This document shows, one piece after another, positions 25,200 to 38,460 of a stretch of 64,000 nucleotides of DNA. Below the pieces are notes generated by a model. That model was not told the origin of the DNA, made no database searches, and worked only from the letters and a program-made list of their open reading frames with translations. How positions within the stretch are numbered: the stretch's first letter is position 1; the number at the start of each line of letters is the position of its first letter. The position numbers were made by a program, and so were the translations under genes. Source of the DNA: Octopus bimaculoides (taxonomy: Eukaryota); NCBI RefSeq assembly GCF_001194135.2, contig NC_068982.1:59594910-59658909 (forward strand). Reading direction: 5' to 3'.

Positions 25200-27105
25200 A
25201 TGGTAACAAATTCTGAATCTTATAATGGAAGAATCTAAAAATAACTTCTTTCTAAATGTTTAAAGCATAAACATATACCTTCTTTTTGGTCTTGTTGACC
25301 ATATTTATTGCTAAAGGGCATAAATAAATAAACAAACATAATTCTGAGTTAGAAGAATATAAGAACCATAATTGACAAAATGCCATATCGAAGTTGTATT
25401 CGTGACCAAGCCAAAAAGCAAAACCTGGGAAGAAGTTTACATCTAAGCACTGAGCATGGCTGTGTGGTAAGAAGTTTGCTTCCCAACTGCATACTTCCAG
25501 GTTCAGTCCCAGTGTGGAACCTTGGGCAACTGTCCAAAGCAAGAATACCAATTATACCACTAGCACTACCAGCACCACCACAATGAACATGATCACCAAC
25601 ACTTACTCTACAATACAAACACCTCTACCACAGACACCGATAGCAACAAGGAAGCTAAGATAATGAAGAAACTACTGTGAAGTCAGGCAACATGTGAAAA
25701 ATAGTGCCCAAATTGCCCTCAAAGTCTACTACATTTAAAGAGAGATTGAATAATGCACAAAACTGGGATGGTCAGAGCTGGAATCTCTGGTTACAGGTCT
25801 GCTCAATTACAGCTGACACGGGTCTAAATATAAACAAAAGCATCAATGTCTGTGCATAGTTTAGTCACTCATGCTAGATATAACAGCCAATCTTTCAAAT
25901 TACATCCTATGTCATTAAAAAAAAAGGGCATGTTTCTGTTATATAAATGGCTGGCATTCCATTAATCATAGTTTTGCTTAATCAAGGTTGACCTGGAGCC
26001 AAGCAACAACGTTATTTCAATGGTAAACACTAACAAGAGTGCAGATTCTATTTCCACTGACAAAAGCTAAGAATGCAGGAATGTTCAAAGTTATCTTTCT
26101 TGTTTGTTTAGCAGGAAAATAATGTTAGTTAACTTCTAATACCCTTTCTGCTATAAGCACAATGCCCAAAATTTACAGAGAGGAAGATAGTCAATCCCAG
26201 CACTCAACTGGTGCTTATTTTATTGACCCCTAAAAGGATGAAAGACAAAGCCAACCTTGCTGGAATTTGAACTTGGAATGTAATGATGGAGAAAATGCTT
26301 CTAAGCATTTTGTCCACTGAGTTAATGGTTCTGCTAGATTTCTACCTTTAGTAAACTTTTAATATGCTAACTAACCCACACATTTAACTCTTTATTTCTG
26401 ATGTCAGATAGATTGGAAATAATCAAACCCACTTTTTATGATGTATTCATGACCAAGTCATCGCTACCTCTTCCATCATTAGCATCCTCAGTATCGTCAT
26501 CATGGTTATCATGATGATTATCATCATCATAATCTTGATCAGTATCATTATCATCATCGCCATCATCTGCAGTAAGAAACTCCCTTGCCCCTGGCAAAAA
26601 GCTAGCGACCAACCACCCTCACCAGTGTCACAATATGGTAAATTTAAATAGAGGAAAGCAGAGTGAGTGGAGGTTATATATGAACCCTTCAAGTAAATTT
26701 AGGATGTAGGGTGGGGAGAGAGGTAAAGTTAAAGGCATGTATGTTTAAAATTTTGCTTCTCAACTAATCCTACCAACCCCAACTCTAAAAAAAAAATAAA
26801 TGCCCCCTGCTCCTCATCACTCTACCCGGCTCCATCTAACAGACATTCCAACAGATTAGATTCCAGTAAATGATTTCTTCTGATATCTGCCGTATCCATT
26901 TACTGACAAATGATCTTTGTACTCAAGGAACGATTATTTATCGCATGTTGCAGTTGATACCCTTATCTAAAGAAGATATCTTCAAGCTACACACAGACAT
27001 ACACACATATACAGATACACACATATACACATGCTCACAACTACTCGCACATATCAACACGCACATATGCACATACATACAAACAAGAATACTTATATAC
27101 AACCT

Positions 27106-27146
<41 letters not shown>

Positions 27147-27404
27147 CAACATGGGTGATATTTAGGATAATCTTGACACTTAGACATTATTATAAATAGG
27201 ATCAGTTTTTTTTTTTTTCTGTTTGATATAGCTAGGTGCTGGTACCACACAAAGTCTTGGTTTTCTATGGCCAGCACGATTTTTTATTTTGCTGAAAACT
27301 GTGCCTTTGGATTCATCAGTGTTATATTACTGCAATAATATTACTGTTAATCCGTTAATTAGATACATATTAATATGAGTGCATGGGAAATAAAGCGTTA
27401 TATT

Positions 27405-27775
27405 CTTGAGTGTATATAGCTATATGCTTAAGAAGCTCACTTTGCAACCTCATGGTTTTTGGTTCAATTCCATTGGCCAGTACCTTGTACAAGTCTTCTA
27501 CTATAGCTCTCGACTGACCAATGCTTTGTGGGTGAATTTGGTAGAAATGGAAACTGTGTGGAAGCTTGTTGTATTAGTGTGTGTCCCATCTATCACTTGA
27601 CAACTGGTATTAGCTTGTTACCATTCCCATAACAGTTTGGCAAAAGAGGCCGACAAAATAAGTACCAGGCATTAAAAAACATGAGTACTGGTGTTTATTT
27701 GTTTGCCTAAAATCCTTCAATGCAGTGCCCCAGCATGGCCACTGTCCAATGACTGAAATAACTAAAAGACAAATG
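27405..27775 (+). mobile_element. SINE family B
   Basis: Head, ggaaactg core, and tail cccagcatggccactgtccaatgactgaaataactaaaaga. Confidence 0.85.
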
Positions 27776-28041
27776 AAAGAATGCTAGAAGATAAAATGCA
27801 TGTGCAAATGTGTATATGTAAATATATATGCATAACTATGTGTGTGAATGCATGTGTGAACTTGTGTGTGTAAATGTATTTGCAATTCCATTTGTAAGTA
27901 TGTGTTTAAATATATGTGCATAAATAAATGCACATGTGTAAATTTATGTGCAAAAATTTATGGGTGTAGATAAATGCATATAAGTGGAGTTGCATAAATG
28001 TGTATAAATATATGCAGAAATGTGTACATATATATAAAGAG

Positions 28042-28327
28042 AGAAGACTGTGTTGATTTGGTCATGTGGTGTGGATGGATGCTGACAGCTCCATAAATAA
28101 GTGCTGATCTCTGAAAGTAGATGGAACATGTGGAAGTGAGGGACCCAGGAAGATATGGAATAAAGTACTGAAGAACAACCTTAGCATGCTGAGCCTTCCA
28201 TGCGAGATAACAAAGGACCGGGATGCCTGGTGCCTTGTTGAATTCAAGAAGACCTGTACTCTGCAGCAGAAGTGTGAAGAGCAGTCACACTGGTGGTGTA
28301 AAGCGCTTGTGGTAGTGTCACATAAAA

Positions 28328-28329
<2 letters not shown>
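28042..28329 (+). mobile_element. RTE-like LINE, ORF C-terminus and start of 3' UTR
   Basis: RRLC*FGHVVWMDADSSINKC*SLKVDGTCGSEGPRKIWNKVLKNNLSMLSLPCEITKDRDAWC matches the RLRWFGHV...GRPRKTW...DR..WR end of RTE/L2-like ORFs, with in-frame stops. Confidence 0.8.
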
Positions 28330-28425
<96 letters not shown>

Positions 28426-28437
28426 GTATATGTATAT

Positions 28438-28833
28438 AGGCGTAGGAGTGGCTGTGTGGTAAGTAGCTTGCTTACGATCCACATGGTTCCGGGTTCAGTT
28501 TTACTATGTGGCACCTTGGGCAAGTGTCTTCTACTATAGGCTTGGGCCGACCAAGGCCTTGTGAGTGTATTTGGTAGACGGAAACTGAAAGAAGCTTGTC
28601 GTATATATGTATATATATATGTGTGTGTGTGTGCATATGTTTGTGTGTCTGTGTTTGTCCCTCAACATCGCTTGACAACTGGTGTGTTTACGTCCCCATA
28701 ACTTAGCAGTTTGGCAAAAGAGACTGATAGAATAAGTACTAGGCTTCCCAAGAATAAGTCCTGGGGTCAATTTGCTCAACTAAAGGTGGTGCTCCTGCAT
28801 GGCCACAGTCAAATGACTGAAACAAGTAAAAGA

Positions 28834-28835
<2 letters not shown>
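28438..28835 (+). mobile_element. Full-length, well-preserved SINE family B
   Basis: A box TGGCTGTGTGG, B box GGTTCAGTT, internal (TA/TG)n, and tail ggtgctcctgcatggccacagtcaaatgactgaaacaagtaaaagagt. Confidence 0.93.
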
Positions 28836-28877
<42 letters not shown>

Positions 28878-28881
<4 letters not shown>

Positions 28882-29158
28882 AAGAAGGGATGACCACTAA
28901 GTGGACATCCATTATGCTAGAAATAGATCACCTACGATCAAACCACAAAGAAATTCAGCACACACCAGAATGTAAACGCGCAAGACGAATGAAAATATAC
29001 AAAATAGAGAATTAGTCGTAGACCGGTTTCACCATTAATGTTTACGTTCTGGTGTGTGCTGAATTTCTCTAGAGAACATCATTTCCTTTGTGGTTTGATC
29101 GTAGGCGATCTGTTTCTAGCATAATGGATGTCCACTTAGTGGTCATCCTTTCTTATAC
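28878..29158. mobile_element. Long inverted-repeat (fold-back/MITE-like) element
   Basis: Outer arms 28878-28950 / 29086-29158 match at 70/73; inner arms 28951-28977 / 29040-29066 match at 26/27. A 19-nt segment is present only in the right arm. Confidence 0.9.
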
Positions 29159-29238
29159 GTATGTAATACAGTTTTTCTGGATTTTCAGACTTTTCTTTAT
29201 GCTAGGCCACTGGTTTTAAATTGAAGTTGATTAAAATA

Positions 29239-29300
29239 ATATTCAATTTATCACCCTTATTATATATATATATATATAATAAGGGTGATAAATTGAATAT
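29239..29300. repeat. Perfect 62-bp palindrome centred on (TA)n
   Basis: atattcaatttatcacccttatta(ta)n taataagggtgataaattgaatat equals its own reverse complement. Confidence 0.95.
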
Positions 29301-29314
29301 ATATATATATACTG

Positions 29315-29905
29315 CAGGTTTCTTTCAGTTTCTATCAACCAAATCCACTCGCATGACTTTGGTCAGCCCAGGGCTATAGTAGAAGACACTTGCCCAAGGT
29401 GCCATGCAGTGGGACTGAACCCGGAACCATGTTGCTGGGAAGCAAGCTTCTTACCACACAGCCATGTTTATGCCTCTATGTGTGTAAATATTATTTAAAT
29501 GAATATATATGTATTAATGTAAGAGTGTAAATATATCTTTTAGCATTTATTTGTTTCAGTCATTAGACTGTTTCCATGCTGGAGCACCACCTTGGAGAAT
29601 TCTAATTGAATGAATCAACTCCAGTACATGTCTTTGAGCCTGGTACCTATTCTGTTGGTCTCTTTTGATGAAGCACTAAGTTACAGGGATGTAAACACAT
29701 GAAACATGAACACTGGTTGAGGGGAACAAATATAGACACACACACATTCGCACGCACGCACACACACACAACAGGCTTCTTTCAGTTTCACAAGGTTTGG
29801 TCTGCCTGGGGCTATAGTAGAGGACACTTTCTTAAGGTGCCACACAGTGAGACTGAACTCGGAACCATGTAGTTGGGGAGCAAACTTCTTATCACACAAT
29901 CACAC
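29315..29905 (-). mobile_element. Two SINE family B copies (partial 29315-29465; near-full 29540-29905)
   Basis: ggtttctttcagtttc...gaagacacttgcccaaggtgcc...cttcttaccacacagccat; the second copy includes the tail gtttcagtcattagactg. Confidence 0.9.
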
Positions 29906-30699
29906 CTGTATCTCTGTGTATAAGTGTGTGTGTGTGTACGTGTATGCAAATATATATTTCTAAATATATGTAAATATGTGTAAATGCATATGCAAAGGTA
30001 TGGGTGTAAATGTATATACAAAAATACATGTTTGTAAATACATATATCTAAATGTGTATGTAAGTGCAAATGTATACATACATATAAATGTATGTGTATG
30101 TCATTAACTCTACATATAGAATATAAGTGGATGTGAATAAATGTGTATATGTATATGTTTGTGTAAAATATATGTAAAACTATGTATCAGTATGTGTGAG
30201 TGAATGTATACATAAATATGTGTGTGTCGATATATACACCAAACTAGGCATTTGAAAATGTATATACGAAAATATATGTGTATAATTGTATTTGTGTGAA
30301 TGTTTGTCCATAAACACGTGTATTTCCATGTATATCAATATGTTTAAATGTCTTTGTGTAAAGTATGTTTTTAAATGTATCCGTATACATGTATATTTTG
30401 AAATGTATGTGGGTAAGTGCATGTATGTAAATATGCGTGTAAATGTATATGTGCATTTGTATAAGAAGTTAAGTGATTCAAGGATAAATGCCAGAGCAAA
30501 TAAACTGAATGAATTTCAGAAACAAAGTATTGTTGTATTTGTTATTAAAGAAAGAAAATATAGTTTATAGTTATTATATATAATAGGCAGTTGTTTGTAT
30601 TTCTTTATCTTTCACTTCCATATCTTCATATATACATACATACATTCTCACATTTATATATTATATATGTGTATGTGCATACATCTGAATGAGTGATTC

Positions 30700-30752
<53 letters not shown>

Positions 30753-31692
30753 TTATATACATATATATAAATACATGCAGATGCACACACACACACATAT
30801 ATGTATATAAATACGTATATATTTAAATATGTATGAATTTGAAACATGTATCTGAGTGTCTGTCTACTTGCATATGACTATGTTAGATAATACTGTATTT
30901 AGGAAATACATATACACCCACATGCATAATTGCAAGTGTACATATAAATATATGCATGTGTATCTGTGTGTATATATATCTGTGTGTGTATGTATGTGTG
31001 TATACATATGTACATATATATATATATACACACACATATGTATATGTAGATATATTTGTATGCATGGGTGTATGTGTGCATAAATGTATGCACATACATG
31101 TGAAAACAAGTACATGTCTTCACTCATTCATTCATATTTAAAGTATTTTTCTTTATACATATTGCAGCTTCCATTAAAATTATGTGTCTAATTTCTATGA
31201 TCGAACAATATATCCATATGGTGATTTATATTATATATGCATACCTAGTCGCATATACATAAATGCATGCATACACATGAATAAAAACATACATCTATAA
31301 ATAAATTGATGTCTTCATATACCTGTGTATATGTCTCTCTTTCCCCTCTCTCTCTCCCTTTATATATATATATATATATATATATGTAGATGTGCATATG
31401 CATACATATAAGTGTGTATATGTATGCATATGCATATAAGTGTATATATATGTATATACATACATAAACACTTATAAGTGCGTGCATGAATATATATATA
31501 TATATATGCACATATATGTATAAGTATATATGTATAAGTAGATATATATGCACATGTGTGTATAAGTATACATATACACGTTTGCATGTGTGCATACATA
31601 AGTATATGCATATGTGTACATATATATGTATATATATGTATGTCTATATATATATACATATACATCTAAGTATATGTGTGTGTATGTGTGTG

Positions 31693-31772
<80 letters not shown>

Positions 31773-31800
31773 TGCATGCACTTGCATGTATGTTCATGCA
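29906..31800. repeat. ~1.9-kb degenerate alternating purine-pyrimidine (TA/TG/CA) tract
   Basis: Low-complexity RY sequence with only short interruptions. Confidence 0.9.
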
Positions 31801-32398
31801 CAAATAAGAAAATGCTGCAGTGTCATGATCTATGTAAAGAATTGCCAATAGCTAGGAATAAGCAGCATTGATTGAAATTAATTTCTGGAAACAAAAAAAC
31901 TGAACAATGCAATATGTTCGATGACTCCCATCAGAGTAATTAGATCACAAGGACAAAGGTACACTGATGGCTCATAGCTTACATCCTGTACAATGTACAC
32001 TTTCACATTACCAAAGGGCCTTTTCACAAGAAATTATTCATTGATAAATGGTTCCATGACCAAAAATGACTCCCTAATATATTACACACAAGCTTTTCAT
32101 TAAATGCATTCATTTAGCATGCATTTTCTCTTTAGTCTAATTATATTTTATGTAAAAATCTTTGAATTATAAAGAATTTTTCTCCTTTTTTTTCCTCCCC
32201 CATCACTTTTTGAAATTTTTGTCTCTTTCTGGTTACCATATTTATGTGCATATATATATATATATATATATATCCATACATACATATATATACACTTACA
32301 TATATATATGTGTGTGTGTGTGTGTTTCACACACACACATAAACTCATGAATACATACACATACATATATACAGACATTCACACATATTCATATACAC

Positions 32399-32455
<57 letters not shown>

Positions 32456-32529
32456 CAAACATTTTATGTAGAGAATAAAAATATATGTAGAAAGAATGTT
32501 AAAAAAATTTTAATTTGATACTGGTTATC

Positions 32530-32564
<35 letters not shown>

Positions 32565-34969
32565 TAACGATAATAATGTCGATCCTGTGTAAATAATTGC
32601 TTCCAAGCTGCCTTATTGCCTTAAGATAGATCTTCTTGCAGCATCTCTAAACACTGGGTCAGAAATATTGTTGATATTGCTGTTGTATCGTTCCAAAGAG
32701 ATTTGGGTGAATATATTAATGAGGCGGGCATGGTTGTGTGGTTAATAAGTTTGTTCTTGTACTCACAGAGATTCAGGGTCAATAATATTGCATGGCCCTC
32801 TGCCCAATTGTTTTTGAATCATAACCTTGGGCATTGTCTAATGCCTTATGAAAGGAATTTGGTAGATAAAAATTGTTCCAAAACCATTCTCACATACACA
32901 TGTGTATGTGTGTCTATGGACATGAATATTATGAAATGATGATTAAACAAACTATGTTGAACAAAAATACCTTATGGTTTTTAGCCTCAACTGAGTTATT
33001 CTTTCTATGTGGAGGTAGTCTTTGCCTCAAATCATAAAAACATAATGAAATAAGTACCAAAGAACTCAAGCGAATGTAAATAGATAATACCATTACATGT
33101 TTTGCACCAGAATGATTGCAGTCCAAATACTACAAAACAGTAAAAGAATTTTCAAAATATGTGAGATAGGATCAGATAAATGTATGTTTTCTTATCAACC
33201 TCAAATGATACTGTAGATGTAATAAGAAAAATAAAATTATCATGTCTTTTAGCAGGGTTTGAACTCACTAATATTGTCTATATGTATGTAAATATTAATT
33301 GCTAACAACGGTGCTACACAGCCAAACTTAGTGGGTATTTAAGCAATGAGTTCATGGAGAGTTGAAGGGTTGGATGTGGTGCTAATGAAAGAGCAATAAC
33401 TCTTGAAATATGGATGTACACTCATTACCTATTCTTTATATCTTCAATTGCATCATTTACATAGAATAATTCGTATATGACACACCATAACTTTCAGTAC
33501 TGGCTTCAGAATTCTATAGAAAATCTGGAGAAATAAACTTAAAAATATCATATAATGTAATGTCTCACATATCTGCTACCCTTGCCACAGTATAGAAATT
33601 AAGTAAATCATATGTTGCCTTCATTTCTGGTCATGGATATTACATCTTTATATTAGACTGACTGAACTGTTTGAGCATTGAGCATTGTTTGAGCTTTGAA
33701 GTATTTCATTCAGCTCGTTACTTTTGAGTTCAAATCCTGCTGAGGTTCACCTTTGACTTTTATCCTTCCAGAGTTGATGAAAGAAGGACTAGTTGAGTTT
33801 TGGGGTTAACAGTATGGAGTAACCCATTTCCTTTGAATTTGCTAGCATTGAACCTAAATCAGAAAACTTCTAATTATTATAATTACATCTCTACTGATGA
33901 GAGGATGTGAGTTTGATTCTCATAGGCAGCCTTTAATTTTTTTTTGTCTATCCAAAAAAAGGGTTTCTGATCTAATATTTACATGCTATTACTAAAAGTT
34001 TTGTATGCACTTCGAGAATCAATTTCCGCACCCCTTCCCAATCACCAAGAAAGGAGTTCTTCCAAGTCCTCTTGAAAATTTATAAATTCTTATCACATCA
34101 TTGGTAATCTATGGAAATCGAAATTTACTGGTAAGTTAGATGAAAATATTTAGTGTAGCTATTTTGATTTTACTAACAAGCTAAACATACAATGTATTCT
34201 CCTTGATTTTTATAAACTTAACTCTTTCTATATAACCAATTCTTTACAAATTTTTTATTAGTACTAATAAACTCTCCTTATGTCTATTTGTTTTCACTGT
34301 TAACTTATGTAAGTACTTACCAAAAATTTTTCCTTAAAAATATACCTTGCAAAATAATTTTGTCATCCTTCCCAGGCCTTACACCTTACCATAACTCATA
34401 AGAAATATTGATGTAAAACCCGACATTCAGCTCTTCTATGGAATATACAAAACTTCAGTACAGAATATATATCTCAGATTGTAAGTCATCCATAAGACAG
34501 TGTTTTTGTTGTTTAACTTCATATTATAGTAGCTCACTTCAATCACCCTTTACTTATCAATAATCAAAATATAATGATAATTTCTGAATCTCATAATTTG
34601 TTACACGTACACAATTTCTGAATTCTTTATTGACAAGAAGGTAAACCAATTAAATAGTATTATTATTACATTTTTATTGCACCATATGGAAATAAAGCAG
34701 ACCACCACAGTGTATTATGGTATTTTGTGTACATTGTTGCAGTTTAATTTGTTTACCTTTTCTAAGCTTTGAAACATGTGTTTTACACCAGTAAATGTAT
34801 TTGATGTAATTAAAATGTGGAGGAAGTGGTATCTACGTGTCAGGGTAGTTACAGTGTACTATCTTTTTTGTTATGATAAGCAAAATACTTGAAAATAAAA
34901 TCTAATATAACGTGATTAAATAGGTAAAATATAATTATTAAATAGAAACAATTAAAGATTTTATTGACA

Positions 34970-35260
34970 TGGTGCATGGCTGTGAGGCAAGAAGCTTACT
35001 TCTCAACCATATGGTTCCATGTTCAGTCCCACTGTGTGGTACTTTGGGTAAGTGTCTTCCACTAGAGCCCTAGGCCAGTCAAAGTCTTGTGTGTGGTAGA
35101 AAGAATCTGAAAGAAACCTATTATATTTGTTTATGTGTATCTATGCTGGTGTTTGTGTTTGTCACCCTGCTTGATAACCGGGATTGGCAATAGAAACTGC
35201 TAGAACAAATATCAGGCATTAAAAAATAAGTACTGCTGTCTGTTCATTTACTATACTGTT
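34970..35260 (+). mobile_element. SINE family B
   Basis: ggtgcatggctgtgaggcaagaagcttact...gttcagtcccactgtgtgg. Confidence 0.8.
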
Positions 35261-35616
35261 AGGCAATGCCATCAACTTCAGTACACAACTAGTACTTTAT
35301 TTTATGCAACTCTAAAGAATGAAAGGCATAATTGACCTTGGTGGGATTTGAACTCAGAACACACAACAAAAGTATTTTCTTCAACACACTAACAATTCTT
35401 TCAATCTTCAACCTTGGTTCAAGTGGAACTATCAATATTGTTTTGATTACCTTAAGACACATTTATTTATTCTATCTTCTTTTAGTATAATTGAACAATA
35501 ACATCATTGACTAATTTTCAAACGGACCAGTAACTGGTTCTCTACAATTTTAATGGCAGATGCCATGAGCAAACATCCTTAGGTTTTCGGTTTCTCACTG
35601 ATGGCTTTATATATAT

Positions 35617-35925
35617 CATCATAATCATCATCATCATCATCATCATCATTTAACGTCCGCTTTCCATGCTGGCATGGGTTGGTTGGACGGTTTGACTGAG
35701 AACTGGTGAGCCAGATGGCTGCACCAGGCTCCAATCTGATTTGGCAGAGTTTCTATAGCTGAATGCCCTTCCTAACGCCAACCACTCCGAGAGTGTAGTG
35801 GGTGCTTTTACATGCCACCGGCATAAAAGCCAGTCAGGCGGTACTGGTGATGCCCACACTCAAATGGTGTTTTTTATGTGCCACCTGCACAGGAGCCAAT
35901 CCAGTGGCATTGGCAACGACCTCCC
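35617..35925 (-). mobile_element. Family E: RTE-like 3' UTR or derived SINE with (GAT)n tail
   Basis: Minus strand ...gtggttggcgttaggaagggc...cccatgccagcatggaaagcggacgttaaa(tga)n. Related plus-strand copies at about 12600-12650, 40228-40415, 41660-41785 and 55858-56020; partial minus copy at about 47010-47200. Confidence 0.8.
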
Positions 35926-35932
35926 TTGAATG

Positions 35933-35970
<38 letters not shown>

Positions 35971-36084
35971 CAAGTTTACAGAAGACAAGGATGAGGACAA
36001 GTGAGGGAATAACAAGCAGGTGTATTAGTTTGACACTTGGGAGGAATGGAAAAGTTTTTTTATCTTTTACTCGTCACAATTACT

Positions 36085-36420
36085 AGACACCTGCCATGCT
36101 GGAGCACCATTTCAAAGAATTTTAGTAGATCAAAACAATGCCAGTACTTATTTTTTCAAGCCTGTTATTTATTCTGTTGGTCTCTTTTGCCAAACCACTA
36201 AGTTACAGGGATTTAAACACACCAACACCAATTGTCAAATGGTGATGAAGACAAACACAGAAACACAAAGGCTTCTTTCAGTTTCTGTTTACCAAATCCC
36301 ACAAGTCTTTAGTTGACCTGAGGCCACAGTAAGAGACACTTCTCCTAGTTGTCTGTCACACAGTGAGACTGAACCCACAACCATGTGATTGAAAAGCAAA
36401 CTTCATCCCACACAGTCATA
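36085..36420 (-). mobile_element. SINE family B
   Basis: ccatgctggagcacc...ggcttctttcagtttc...ccacacagtcat. Confidence 0.85.
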
Positions 36421-36529
36421 TATACATGTATATATATATATTCAAATATATATATATATATACATAACATAAATAATATATAATTATATGCATATATCCA
36501 TACATATATGTACATACCGACATCTATAT

Positions 36530-36930
36530 GTATACATACAAGCATATATGGGTACAGGACATCACAAAAAACGTTAAACACAATGAGAAACGAAAACATA
36601 AACACAAGGACAGGAAACGAACTTTTTTTCAAACAACAGAAAAAACAAACAGAGAAATGAGACATGCAACAAAGAATATTACCCTTCTTCAGTTGTCCCT
36701 GCTCCATCTACTCCGCGTTTCGAAGGCAAAGACAATACGTGACTTTGTTGGAGCAGTCCTTCCCGCAAGCAAATTAATTAAAATTTGGAAATTTTTGCGG
36801 TGGGTGAAAGTGTAAACAAGAACAGGACAGTGAGAACAAGACAGGACAGTGACAACAAAATTTAAGGGCTGTTAGGCCAAGACGATAGAAAAATTATGAT
36901 TTCTTTGAACACGAAACCTGAATGAGAGAG
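36530..36930 (-). mobile_element. Repeat family H (possibly Penelope-related non-autonomous element)
   Basis: CpG-enriched and embedded in (TA)n. The minus strand carries ccttcgaaacgcgg...caactgaagaaggg; internal direct repeat caggacagtga twice; homologous to 21662-21790. Confidence 0.5.
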
Positions 36931-37148
36931 GGAAAAAAATATTTTTTAAAATATTCATAAAATATAAATATAAATTTAGATAAAAATACATGTAAATAAA
37001 ACCCAAGTGGGATTGGTGTGGAAGGAAGTTTGAGAAAGAGAGAACCAACAAAATTCTTTTGAACTAAAATTAAGAGCAGTTAAATGATCCATAGAGTTTG
37101 ATGTGTTTTTTTTTTTAAATATATAACTGGTATGTAAGGTATATTATA

Positions 37149-37323
37149 CAGTTTGAGGAAGTTCACTTTCTATGGCCATTTCCAGAGTTCATGACCTGGT
37201 AGAAAGGGATACCTTTCCTGATGTAGGGGACATTGTCCGCATGGTCTGTAATATTTTTTATTAATGTTTCTACCAGGACATGAACTCTGGAAACAGCTGT
37301 AGAAAGTGGACTTCCTCAAACTG
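37149..37323. mobile_element. 175-bp inverted-repeat element (57-bp arms) flanked by TA
   Basis: Arms 37149-37205 and 37267-37323 match at 51/57; TA|CAGTTTGAGG...CCTCAAACTG|TA. Confidence 0.9.
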
Positions 37324-37546
37324 TATTATATACTTTATATACCATTCATATATTTAAAAAAAAAAACACATCGACCTCTATGGATCTTTTAACTGAAACT
37401 GTTAACCGGCCTTAATTTTAGTATATGAACGAAAATAATTTCTTTTTTTCTCACACTTCCTTCCATACCTATCCCACATGGTTTTTATTTACATGTATTT
37501 TTATGCATATTTATATTTTATGAATATGTTTTTAAAAATATTTATA

Positions 37547-37582
<36 letters not shown>

Positions 37583-37807
37583 TTTTAAGTCAAATTTATA
37601 ACTGTATGAGTATGTTTGCGTAATTTGAATTTATATCTTAATTTCTTATCTTTTGTCTCAGGTTCAACCTGAGCACTTCTTGAGCAGTTTTATATTTCGT
37701 AAGAAAAAACAATATTATTTCATACATACATACTTACATATGCATACAAACATATGTACATATGCATACATATATGTACATACGTATACATATATGTATT
37801 ATTTACT

Positions 37808-38175
37808 GTTTTACTTGTTTCTGTCATTTCACTGTGGCATACTGTAGCACCATCTTTAGTCGAGCAAATCGATCCCAGGACTTATTCTTTGTAAGCCTAG
37901 TACTTATTCTATCGGTCTCTTTTGCCAAATTTCCAAGTTACAGGGATTTAAACACACCAACATCAGTTATCAAGTGATGGTTGGGGGGGGGGGGCAAACC
38001 GAGACACACAAATACATACATAAATATATATATATACGACGGACTTCTTTCAGTTTCTGTCTACCAAATCCACTCCCAAGGCTCTAGTAGAAGACACTTG
38101 CCCAAGGTGTCACACAGTGGAACTGAACCTGGAACCATGTGGTTGGGAAGCAAGCTTCTTACCACACAGCCACAC
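37808..38175 (-). mobile_element. SINE family B
   Basis: ttttacttgtttctgtcatt...ggacttctttcagtttc...cttaccacacagcc. Confidence 0.88.
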
Positions 38176-38254
38176 ACACACATATATATGATGTATAAAT
38201 AAAACCATCAGTATGAAACTGGAAAATTCTACACATTTGCTATCTCACAAAATA

Positions 38255-38460
38255 TTGGTTTCAAATTTTGGCACAAAGCCAGCAATTTCAAGGGATCGGT
38301 AAGTTGAATAAAAACATTCCCATTGTTCAACTGGTACTCATTTATCAACCCCAAAAACAAAAAAGGCAAAGTTGACCTCAGCAGAATTTGAACTCAGAAC
38401 GTATAGACAGATGAGATGCCTTGTCCAGTGTGTTAATGATTCTGCCAACCCACTACCTTT
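38255..38460 (-). mobile_element. SINE family A
   Basis: ggtttcaaattttggcacaaagccagc...gaatttgaactcagaac...ctgccaacccactacctt. Confidence 0.85.

Noticed and set aside
34376-34480. 105-nt segment with strong acceptor and donor
   Set aside because: Stop codons in all three frames. It also shows how easily splice-like signals arise by chance here.
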